This document shows, in pieces, positions 49,477-60,146 of a stretch of 64,000 nucleotides of DNA. A program made the translations under genes and the position numbers. The DNA is from Hyaloraphidium curvatum SAG 235-1 (lineage: Eukaryota > Fungi > Monoblepharomycota): positions 372,001 to 436,000 of the forward strand of contig JAIVFI010000023.1 of the NCBI GenBank assembly GCA_025558095.1. Direction: 5' to 3'. The first letter of the stretch is position 1. Each line of letters starts with the position of its first letter. Below the pieces are notes generated by a model. The model was not told the DNA's origin. It ran no database searches and worked only from the letters and a program-made list of their open reading frames with translations.

Positions 49477-50524
49477 ATGCAGCCGCGGCGGCAGCCCGCG
49501 AGGACGGCGCGCCCCGCGGCGGGCAGCCCCGTCGTGCCGTTCCCGGGCTTCGACCTCGCCGCGGCGTTCAACGGCGGGCCGCACGCGCCGGCCGGCCCGC
49601 CGCTGACGATGGACCCGCGCGCGCTGCTCGGCTTCTTCCCCACGCTCGGCGACGCCGGCGACCCGCGCATCAAGCAGGAGGACGACAGGGACATCCTCGA
49701 CGAGCTCGACCCGTTCGCGCTCTCGATGGAGGACGAGCCGCTCGCGCCCCGGAACCCGCAGATGCTGGCTGCCCCGCTCGCGGAGCGCTCGTCGACCGCG
49801 TCGGACAACGAGGGCGACTCGCCCGCCTACCCCACCTCGCCGCCGGAAACGGGCGCCTTCGCAGCCGAACGCGCGATCGGCATCGCGCCGCTGTCGGTGT
49901 CGCCCGCGTCGCTGCCGATAAACATCGGCCGGACAGCCTACTCGGCATCCATGCCCACGGCGATCTCGGGCACAGCGCGCGCAAAGCCCATCGCCTTCCC
50001 CTCCGTGCACCGCGCCTCGTTCGCCAGCAGCGTGCCCAGCGGGTCGTACGGCAGCCTGGGGGATTTCGACGAGGGCGGATCCAGCCTGGAGCGCGGCACG
50101 TCGTCGACCAAGTGGGTACCCGGGCGCGGCATGCGGGACGTCCCCTCACCGCGCCTCCCCTTTGCCTCACAGGAAAAACGACAGCGCCTCCAAGCGCCGC
50201 CGCCGCGAGTCCCACAACGCCGTCGAGCGCCGCCGCCGCGACACCATCAACCTGCAGATCCAGGAGCTCTGCGACCTCCTCCCCCTGGACCTCGTGCCCA
50301 CCGTCGGCCCCGGCCAGGCGCCCGGGAGCAAGCCCAACAAGGGTGCCGTGCTGCGCAGGGGGGTGGACTACATCCGCATGCTGCAGGGGGACAAGCGGAG
50401 GCTGGAGGAGAGGTGCAGGGAGCTCGAGGAGAGGCTGGCGGAGCTGGGGGTCTCTTCGGCCGCGGGGGAAGGGGATACCGAGATGGGTGATGGCGAGGAG
50501 GACAAGGGCAGGGGGAACGGGTGA
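49477..50524 (+). CDS. bHLH-leucine zipper transcription factor (Rtg3/MiTF-TFE/USF-like)
   Basis: RRRESHNAVERRRRDTINLQIQEL...PNKGAVLRRGVDYIRML plus zipper; intron 50112-50172. Confidence 0.9.
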
Positions 50525-50961
50525 GATCGGTCGGGGTTTCGGGTGTCGTGGCGTTGGGCTAGAATGGTGGTGGGGAGACGTCGTGGTTTGCGTGGGCCGC
50601 TTCTATGTAGTCATTCTTCCGATTCCGGGGCAGTTCGCCTCCGCACTTGTACAGTATCAGGCGATGAATGATATCTGATTGCTTTTCCGCCGGTTGCGTC
50701 CCCTCCGGTGATCGGGCTGTGTTCAAGTGTTCAGGTGGTGACGTCCTTCGTCGCCAAGCTGCTCCCTCAAACTACTCACCCCGACCTCGCGCGCGACCCA
50801 GCGGACGTGGTGCCGCAACGAAACAGTTCTCCGCTTCTTCTCCCTTCCCCCGCGGCGAGGGGGGCGCCCTCCCCGCGCGCACCCCGCGAATCCCGCCCGG
50901 CATGCTCCCCCGTCCCTCGATGCCTTCGTGAACCGCGACCCGAGTCCAATCGAGGCGCGAG

Positions 50962-53900
50962 ATGGAGCAGCCTCCGTCTGGGGACGGCGGCGCGGACCCG
51001 CTCTTCTACACCATCTATGTCTACGCCATCGTAATCACCTCGGCCGTATGCCTGGCCTCGGCGGCGTTCGCCTTCATCAACCGAGGCTCCAACCCGGGGA
51101 GCATCTCGTTCGGCATCATGATGGCCGGTGGGTAGACGAAACCCTCCGTTCGTTGGAGGCGGACTTCCCACCGTCCACCCCGCAGGCGTGTCGGCGTGGC
51201 AGCTCCCCATCATCCCGTTCCTGCAGGCCAAAACGGTCGAGGGAAAGATATTCTGGAGCCAAGTCGAGTACATCGGAGTGACGGCAGTTCCCTCGGCCTT
51301 CATCACCTTTGCGCTGCAGCAAACGGGGCGCAAGGAGCTGCTCTCGCGGAGGAACCTGGCTCTCATCTACGGCGGAGGGGTGGCCATTTTTCTGCTGGCT
51401 CTGACGAACGACTGGCACCACACTATTTGGATCTCTGCCGAGCTGCTGTCGCCTGACGCGACTTATGGGGGATGGAAGGCCAACTACGGGGTGGGCGGCT
51501 TCCCAGGGCTCCCGCTGGCTCCGCACTCACCTCTCCCTATCCGTCGGCACGGCACTTACATCCCCCGGTTCATGGCTGCTCAGTATTCATTTTGGATGAT
51601 GAACATCTGGGCCTACACGTTTCTCATCGGTGGGACGGTGATCATGCTCATGACAGTCTTCCGCTCGGACCAGTCGTCAGTTTTCCGGAGGCAGGCCGTC
51701 GCAATCGTCGTTTCGGTGCTGCTACCGATGGTTGCCAACGTTGCATATAACATTGGCATGTCTCCGCTGCCTGGAGTCGAGATGGTGCCCCTAGCTTTCA
51801 GCGTTTCGGGGGTGCTGCTTTCTTGGGGCCTGTTCGGACTGCGCTTTCTCGATCTCGTCCCCGTCGCTCGGGACTCGGTGTTCGAGTCGATGTCGGACTC
51901 GGTGATCGTGCTGGACCCGCTGAACAGGATCGTGGACCTGAACATGGCGGCGACCAAGATCATTGGCGGGGGCCGGGCGCGCTCGGAGCTCATTGCAAAG
52001 GAGCTTTCTACGATCCTTTCCGCGCGGGTCAAGCACCCCGTCGGCAGGCTCATGGACCCCCTGGTGCTCAACGCGAGCGAGGACGTGGAGATTCCGGAGA
52101 CCGGGGGCGACAATCGCACGTTCCACATCCGGATCACGCCGCTGGAAGACGGCACGAAGAAACGGGCGCCGGGAGCCGTTCCGAGGGGCCGTCTCGTCGT
52201 GCTCAGAGACATCACCGCGATGAAGAAGCAGGAAGCGGACCTTATCAAGGCCAGGCAGGCGGCGGACCTTGCGAACCAGGCCAAGTCGGCGTTCCTCGCT
52301 ACGAGTGGGTGGACCCCGAGGCCGCTCGGGAACGATCTGACGTCTCCTATTTGCTATAGTGTCGCACGAGATCCGCACTCCGATGAACGGAGTCATTGGC
52401 ATGGTGTGTTTTGGTCGCATCCCGGCTGTCGATGGATCGAGCTTGATGATCTTGCTCCACAGACCCAAATCCTGCTCGAGACGGACCTCTCGCCGCAGCA
52501 GCGCGAGTTTGCCAACATCATTCGGACGAGCGGGGACGCGCTCATGAAGATCCTGGACGAGATTCTCGGTGGGTTCGATTCACGTGCTAACACCGTTTCG
52601 AAATCTCACCTGCATCCTGGTTTAGACTTTACCAAGATCGAGGCTGGACAGCTGCAGCTGGAATCGCTCGACTTCCACGTTCGTGACTGCGTCGAGGATG
52701 CGCTTGATGGAGTTGCCACAAAGGCAGCGGAGAAGAACCTCTACCTTGCTTTCCTGGCCGAATCCGACGTGCCGTACGCCATTGTCGGCGACCAGGGCCG
52801 CCTGCGCCAGATCCTTCTCAATCTTTTGAACAATGCCTTGAAGTTCACCTTCCAGGGAGAAGTGGTTGTGCGGGTCTCTGTGGAACCGCTTGTTGCCGCT
52901 GGAGCAAACGGGCATGCGCCCGAGGGGGCTGGGCCTGCTGCTTCCGATCGGACAGAGCAAAAGGCCGGCGATAAGCCGGATGATGCACCTGGCGCTCCTG
53001 CGCTTGCCGTTGTCAAGGCGGAGCCCGGTCCCATGAAGCAGAAGCTTCACTTTGTTGTTTCGGACACGGGGATCGGGATCCCGGCGGACAAGCTGGACCG
53101 CCTTTTCCGCTCGTTTTCGCAGGTCGAAGCCAGCCACGCGCGCCGGTTCGGGGGTTCGGGCCTTGGCCTGGCCATCTCAAAGCGGCTCGCCGAAGCCATG
53201 GGCGGCGAGATGTGGGTCGAGTCGAAGGAGGGCGTCGGATCGGCTTTCCACTTTACGATCGTGGCGGAGACGAGCTCGAAGATCCAGGTGCCCCTGCGTA
53301 ACCGCAATCTGCTTGCCAAGAAGCGGATCCTGATTGTTGATGGTGGGTCCCTTCGTGCACCATTTGCTTTCCGAACGCGCTGAATGGCATTTTCAGACCA
53401 CAAAGCTCACAACGACTTGCTCGTGGAGCTGCTCCGGAATGCCGGGGTCAAAGCCACCGCCCTGTCTTCGGAGGAATTTCAGCAGCGTGCACTGGCAGGG
53501 TTCGAGTGGGAAGCTCTGATTCTTGATTCGGAGGACAACTTGCACCTGACGCAGCCGCTCGCTGTGCCGACACTTCTCCTGACCCCTCTGGGCAAGTCCA
53601 CCTCTAACCTCTCGGACTCCGGTGACGGTGGGGTGATTCGAATCTCGAAACCCATCAAGCAAAACAAGCTCGAGGTCTCGCTCGTCAACCTGTTGAATCT
53701 CGCAGCGCCGCAAAACTTTGATTTCTACCTGGCCAAAACGCTTTCGGCCGACTTTGCGCCGCACGCGGCATGGAGCAATCTGGGTCGAGGAGATGCGAAC
53801 CATCTGCAGGTGCCTGACGGGGCATTGGTGCACGGCAGCGTGCCCCATGAGCCGGAATCGGCGCATGCGCAGGGGTCGACGGCCTTCCAGCCGGTGCCGT

Positions 53901-54497
53901 CTGCGACGGGACAGCGTTTCGCGGTTGGGGAGGCTGCAGACAAGCCGCTGCGGATCCTGCTGGTCGAGGACAACGCAATCAACCAGCAGATTGCCCTCCG
54001 GATCATGAAGAAGGGCGGGTTCGCGGCCGACGTGGCCAACAACGGCCTAGAAGGGGTCAACGCCATCACAGAGAGGGTGTACGACTGCGTGCTCATGGAC
54101 GTGCAGATGCGTGAGTCCCATACCGTCACATGTCTTGTGATCATAACTCACCCTGCATTTTGCCGCACCAGCGATTCTGGACGGCTTCGAAGCCACGAAG
54201 CGGATCCGGGAGGAGATTCCGCAGGAGCGGCAGCCGACCATAATCGCGCTGACGGCAAATGCCCTCTTAAACGAGCGCGAAGCGTGCTTGCAGGCCGGGA
54301 TGGACAGCTACCTTTCAAAACCCGTCGATGCGAAGCATCTGATCGCTTCGATAAAGGCCTGCCGGCGTTTGGCGGCCGAAGCGGTCGTGGACGGTGTAGA
54401 CCAGGGCCTGGTCGCCGCGGGCGATTCCGAAACCACGCTCAATTCCGGCGTGCCTGATGAGCGGACAGCATTAATCACCCCGGAAAAGGCGGAATGA
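50962..54497 (+). CDS. Hybrid sensor histidine kinase: 7TM sensor (HisKA_7TM-like) - PAS - HisKA - HATPase - degenerate REC - REC
   Basis: Introns 51128-51185, 51491-51583, 52305-52359, 52404-52462, 52569-52625, 53343-53396 and 54111-54171 restore FLATMSHEIRTPMNGVIGM and ILDFTKIEAG; also NLLNNALKFT, DTGIGI, GGSGLGLAI, ILLVEDN and LMDVQMPILDG. Confidence 0.92.
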
Positions 54498-54619
54498 TGG
54501 CGGAAGGATGGAAAGGGAGCTAGCTCGCGCATACCAGCAATACCCGACTATGGCCTGTAGAAACTATGGCACTTAATTCTGTGTCTTGAACAAAGCTTCA
54601 GATGAAACAAAATTCAATG

Positions 54620-54758
54620 GCCCCCCGCTGCCGGGAACCGAGGCACCGTGTGCGTCAGCCGCGCCTGTAAGCCCGCCCCGAAGGGCACCCGGGCCTCGCG
54701 AGAGTTTTGTCCAGGCTGGGCTTCATGACGGGCCTCGGAACCGCGGCAACGGACGGGC
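54620..54758 (-). promoter_or_regulatory. Putative non-canonical SECIS element in the 3'UTR of the SelU-like gene
   Basis: Long hairpin with AUGAA (54726-54722) opposite UGAC (54657-54654); unpaired AAAA (54708-54705); helix CCGAGGC/GCCUCGG; apical C(UUCG)G hairpin (54686-54675). Confidence 0.72.
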
Positions 54759-54765
54759 GGGTATG

Positions 54766-55839
54766 CTACCGGTCGACATCCATGGCGTCCATCTCCATCG
54801 GCTCGCACCCGGGGCAGAAATCGTCCGCGGGCGTCACGGGCGAGGCCGGCTGCTCCGCCGCCGTCGCAGAGGACGGCGTCGGCGCCAACGAGCTGCCGGT
54901 CGCCGAGCGCGCCTTGAGTTTCTCGAGCATCTTCTGACCCTCGGCGCGCGCGTCGTCCAGGGTCTTGGGCCGCTTCACGCCGATCGGGATCGCGCCGGGG
55001 GGAAGAGCGCGGCGTGCGGGGGCCGCGGCCGCGGCGACGGCGGCGGTGCGGGCATACTCGAAGGAGAGCGAGGAAAAGTCCGTGCCGGGAGGCGCCAAAG
55101 ACTTGATGACTTCGACGACCTCTGCGGAATGGGATGCCACGTCAGCATGGGAACGGAGGAGCACCCCGCGTTCGACCCACCCTCAACAGACGCGTGGTCA
55201 CCGCTGGTCCTCTCCGGATACTCGTAGTGTATGCCCTTCATCGACACGATAAAGAGACCGCCGAGGATCCTGCGCAGGGCGCGGAGGGAGTTGAATGCGA
55301 GGCTCTGCGTGCCCCCGAGGCTGCTCCCCACCTGCCCTCCCCCGCACTGTCGCCCGCGTAGCCCTTGGATGACGCCCGGTAGTAGTTGGAGTAGATTGCC
55401 CTGCCGAGGAAGTTGGACAGGCCGACCTTGTTGAGCTTGCCGCTGAACATGGCCTTGTAGAGCGCCGTGTCCTCGTCGAGGAAGATCTCGTCCGACCTCC
55501 AGAAGGTCTCCGCGAACGCCGCAACGCCCAGCGACTCCTTGACCACGGCGGCCATGCGGACGCCGCAGGCGTGGATAGCGTCGCGGATGGAGGCCAGCTC
55601 GGACGCCTCCTCGCGGCACATCAATCAGCCTTTCAAGTGGGGACATCAGATATCAGACATATCCAGTGGTGATTCGGCGTCGCATCCGCACCTGGCCGGC
55701 GGACCAGCAGCAGCAGACACGGCTGGGAGGCCCACAGCTGCACGGCCGGAAAGGGTTCGCCGGGTTCGGGCAGCGCCCGCCGCAGCGTCGCCGCATTCAG
55801 CGCCGCCAGAGACGCGCGCGGCGGGTCGTTCGCCGGCAT
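54766..55839 (-). CDS. Peroxiredoxin-like 2A / Selenoprotein U family (AhpC-TSA-like) with UxxC; probable selenoprotein, 296 aa
   Basis: Exons 55839-55692, 55629-55332, 55269-55181 and 55121-54766 total 891 nt; reads LW..LLLLVRRPG-[TGA 55627-55625]-LMCREEASEL...IFLDED...GEGRILGGLFIV..GIHYEYPE..GDHA, matching the FAM213A/PRXL2A pattern RRPGCxxCREEA. Confidence 0.88.
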
Positions 55840-56007
55840 CGCGCCGGGCGTGCCGGGGACCCCGCCGGATGCGGCCGTTCGGGGGAGCCGGGGAGCGGGG
55901 GACGCGGGCCGTGCGGAAGCGTGGACGACCACTTCGCACCGCACTCCGCCAGCGAGGAGACTGACAATCGCGTCCATGACCGCCCGTTGGCCTTAGGAGC
56001 AGGCGCA

Positions 56008-57036
56008 ATGGCGACAAAGGCCGCCTACAAGGTGGCCACGCCGTGCTCGGCCCCCACCGCCGTCCAACCGCGCCTCCACCACCGCAGCGGCTCACGAAAG
56101 AGTACAAGTCGCTGCAGGACAACCCCCCTCCCTTCATCCTCGCGAGGCCCCTCGAGTCCAACATCCTCGAATGGCACTACGTGATCCGCGGCCCGCCCGA
56201 CTCGCCCTACGCCGGGGGCGAGTACCACGGCAAGCTCATCTTCCCCTCCGACTACCCGTTCAAGCCGCCGGCGATCAAGATGCTGACGCCTAGCGGACGG
56301 TTCCAGATCGACTTTAGGGTACGATTCGTACCTGCTGCGGGAATTCGTCGGTCTGACCCCGTCGGACCCCTCCCGCCGTCTTTGTTCCACGCTCTTGTCG
56401 TTCTTCTTTCGACGTTCATTCCCTGGAAACTCTTCAGCTATGTCTGACCATGTCCGACTACCACCCGAACACGTGGAACCCGGCGTGGTCTGTGGCGACG
56501 ATCCTGACGGGGCTGCTGAGCTTCATGGTCTGTCGCCGTCTCCCGGAGCCCCCTCCGCCTCTCATGTCCTTTCTCGACAGCTTGAAGACACTCCGACGAC
56601 GGGCAGCATCACCACGACCGCCGCCGAGAAGCGCGTGCTGGCCCAGCGCTCTCACGCCTGGAACCTGCAGAGCGCAAAGTTCAGGGACGTCTTCCCGGAG
56701 CTCGCCACGCCCGAGATGGTACCGCTGGAAAAGTGCATGCCCGGCAGCGTGTCAAAAATGGAGGCCAAGTCAGAGGAGGCCAAGCCCGCGAAGCAGCCGA
56801 GCGCGCCGGCGGTCGGGAACGCGCCCGAGAAGACGGACGGACAGGCGCTCCCGAACGGACGATCCGCTCCCGTGCCCGCGGAAGCCGGTGCCGGGGCACA
56901 TCCGGCGCAGCCGATGCGTCCGCTGCAGGAGCGCGAAAGGGGGACATCCTGGGCGAGCTACCTCACCTACGTGCTCGTCGCCATCCTTGGGGTCGTCACG
57001 TACCGTGTCGTCGCGCGGTTGCGGGAGGAGCTCTAG
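56008..57036 (+). CDS. UBC6: Tail-anchored ER ubiquitin-conjugating enzyme (Ubc6/UBE2J2)
   Basis: RLTKEY, NILEWHYVIRGPPDSPYAGGEYHG, YPFKPPAIKMLTPSGRF, SDYHPNTWNPAWSVATILTGLLSFM and a C-terminal TM. Confidence 0.95.
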
Positions 57037-57233
57037 CGGGCTCGACGGCGCCGCGGTTGCGATTGAGAAAGGGGTTCTAGCGCGCTCGACGGCGCCGCGG
57101 GCCGCGCCGTTCCTTTGGACGTGGACCAACTGAGCGTTGATGAGATGTGGGCTGAGGGAGAGATGTGCCAGATGTGCTATGTCTGAATTGATTTGATCAC
57201 GAGAAGCATTGTCAATCGCCGAAGATTCCAGCT

Positions 57234-57799
57234 CTACCACTCCTTGTCGACGTCCCAGTGAAGCGACTTCCCTCCGTCCTTGATCATCCCCAGGTGGGTG
57301 TGCGCGAAGGCATCAGGGAACTTCAGCCCGAAGCCAAAGAATCTGCAAGCCAGGCAAAAAGTCAGAGGTGTTTCTTCGACGAGCCACGCAACGTTCCGTA
57401 CCTGTCCATCGCGATATGGCACGCCCACACGATCCCGGCCGTCACGAGGCCGACCTTGTTGTTGTGAAGGAGGGGCACGGTCGGCGGTGCAAAGAGCCCG
57501 GCGAGGAGCAGTGCGACAGGAACTGTCGTAGTATGCCCGAAGTTGTCTGTGGGCGAACCCGCAATCAATGAGGAGGGGGGTGGGAATCGGGCGGTGGGCC
57601 ACGAACAGGTAATGGCGCCAATCCGCGTCGATTTCGCGTATCCCGCCATGAAGAGGTCCGGTAGGAACACGGTCGCCAGGAAGAAACCCCAGCCGCGGCC
57701 CGATGTGGGCCTATAGGCGGCGTAAACCGCCGTCCCAAGGACAAGCTCGGAGAGGCCCTCCATGCGCAGAATAGCCAGCGGCTTGGTGAGCCAGGACAT
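57234..57799 (-). CDS. DUF4260-like small membrane protein
   Basis: LRMEGL, FLPDLFMAGY, RIGAITYNFGHT and WACHIAMDR|FFGFGLKFPDAFAHTHLG; two introns. Confidence 0.8.
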
Positions 57800-58054
57800 C
57801 TTCGTCGATGGTAGGACAGAAAGAGCGGTCGCTACGCGCAAGTGGCGGTGAAAGGTGGGAAGTTGGCGGTGGCGTTGGAGATTTGGAGTGGGTGCAGCGG
57901 CGGCCACGCTGCTAGAAGTAAGCGCCGGGTCATTGCTGAAATTCCGGATGGTCTTCCTTCGTTCCATCGCGAAGTTCCGCAGGCCAGAAGACCCTTCTTT
58001 TATTCCTACTCAGTTCGGCGAAGTTTTACCGGCCAGGAGGCCCTTCTATGGCTC

Positions 58055-59029
58055 CTACTTCGTCTTCGCGCGGTTCTTGAGCATCCGCTCGTACTCCTTC
58101 TCAGACATTTGGCGGGGAGCCGTCCCGCCCTGGAGCATCGAGTCCATCCCGCCTTTCCACGGCCGCCTCAGATCGCCCTCCGCCTTCTCGCCCAGCACAT
58201 GCACCCGGAAGATCGGCAGGTTGAAGTACTGCCGCCACGGAACGAAGATCTGGAGGATGAGGGGCTGGACGTAGCCCCATCGGAAGTGCGCAAAGAGGGT
58301 GAGGAGCGCGGGGAAGAGGAAGGCGCGGAAGGCCTCGGTGAGCTTCTCCCGGTCGTATTCCTCGTTGGTCGTGTTGACGAGCTTGTCGTCGCTTTAGGAC
58401 GGCACGTGAGCGGAGCTGCGGGAGATCTGGCGTGGGGCAAGAGCAATCCCACATTTGCATCCAGGAATTGCCAGGCAAGAAGTACGTCAGAGTCTTGAAA
58501 TCTGGCAATGGTAACGAAAGAGGGGTGGAGTTCCGGTTCGAAGTCGACGACGGCCGTCAGCATATCCAGACGTTGTGCCGCAGAGCCACCCCACCTTTTT
58601 GCCGGAAGATGGAGCTGTGCATCTTCCACATGACATAGACCTGGGCGAGCATGGACACCAAGTACAGTACCCGCGCCACGAGGATGTAGGTCGGGTTGGT
58701 CCAGTCCAGGTTGTTGACGAACCTCATGAAGAGGATCGTCGCGGGCGCCTGGAACCACTGGGGTCGGCGCGGGCCGGGGAGGGTTGGAGGTGCGCAGGGC
58801 GGGGGAAGTGCGGTTCGGACGCGTTCCGACAGCAGGCAGGAGGCAAGGGCGCCATCCGATGGTGTTCCCGTCAACGTGCATTTGTTGACGACAACAATTG
58901 AGGAAGGAGGGGGGCATAGCCGGTTGGCATCGGCGTCGGGCAAGGGGGAACGCGGGGGGCACGCACGAACGAGCTGAGGAACCGCTTGATCCTCTTCGCC
59001 GGGGTGTCCGGGCCATCGTCGTCCGCCAT
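58055..59029 (-). CDS. PHO88/SND3-family ER membrane protein
   Basis: TTNEEYDREKL..AHFRWGYVQPLILQ..FRVHVLGEKAEGDLRRPWK. Confidence 0.78.
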
Positions 59030-59212
59030 GTTTCACCTGCGCCGCTCCGGCACGAAAGACAGCGGCAGAGGTGTGGGCCAAGCGAGTAGGTGCGCGATGT
59101 TTGCACCGCCGGCGGCGAGGCCGCGCGTTTTGGCGGCATCTCGCGGAGTCGATCATGCAAGTCTTTAGTTTCTTTCATCTCTGGGTCGCCAGCTGCGTTC
59201 TATAGACTCTCA

Positions 59213-60146
59213 TTAGATCTTCGACTTGGCTGCTGCGGCGGCCTTGGCATCCGCGATCGCGCCTTTCGCCACGTTCTCCTGCAACCGCTTCATCTGCTCG
59301 GGGGTCGGCCGCGCCGACGGCGTCATCTGGAGCAGCTCTCGCTTGGCGTCCGAGTACTGCGAGATATACGAGGGTCAGCCGCTAGTGCGAGGCCAATCGA
59401 CCGTACAGGGCCCACCATCTCGTTCTTTAGCAGGCCCATGATCATGCCCGCGCGGGCCTTGGTCGCCCACTTCCTCCCGAGCTCCTTGCCCAGCTCGATC
59501 GTCTCGGCCGGTCCCTTGCCCACGGCGTCGACGATCCCGCGCTCGTGCGCCTCGGGGGCCGTGAGCCGATTGCCGTACAGCATGACATCCCGGAAATCCC
59601 GCGGTCCCAGCTTCGCCTTCAGGATGCCGAGCAAGCCCTGCGACATTGGAGCAGGCATGTCTATCTCGGGCATGCAGACCCAGCCGCGGTCGCCGCGGAA
59701 AGTGCGGTAGTCGTGCGCGAGCGCCAGGAGGAAGCCACCGGCCTGTACCAAACGGGATGAGCAAAACGCTGGCGACCGGGTCCGGTACTGCAACTCACGA
59801 AGGCGTGGCCGTTCATAGCGGCGACGGTTGCCATCGGGAAGGTCAGGAACTTCTCAAGGACCCCCTGGAACTCCTTGATGTAGTCCTGGCCGCGCGCACC
59901 GACTTCCGTGAGATCTAATCCGTTGCTCCAGATACGATCCTCGCTCGACACAGTGACCACGGCCGCGGGGGGGTTGCCCTCGGCTTCGTGCTCCAAGCGG
60001 ATCTTTTCGAGGGCCGCGACGAGGCTCTTCATGAACGGTCCCGTGAATCGGTTCTCCTTTTCGTGCATCGTCAAGACGTAGAGCGGTCCCTCGCGGGAAA
60101 CGCGGACTAGGGGCCCTTTGGCGCCAAACTCAGGCCCGAAATCCAT
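59213..60146 (-). CDS. Crotonase-fold enoyl-CoA delta-isomerase-like protein, probably peroxisomal
   Basis: ENRF, IWSNGLDL, FPMATVAAMNGHAF|AGGFLLALAHDYR and CMPEID; ends SKI (PTS1-like). Confidence 0.88.

Noticed and set aside
55625-55627. TGA as a pseudogenising nonsense mutation or sequencing error
   Set aside because: It falls exactly on the family's known Sec/Cys position, the rest of the gene is intact, and a SECIS-like structure follows the stop; Sec is the more parsimonious reading, though unproven
55840-55977. Upstream ATG 55977 as the start of the SelU-like gene
   Set aside because: It lies only ~30 bp from the divergent UBC6 ATG, leaving no room for promoters, and the extension is not family-like
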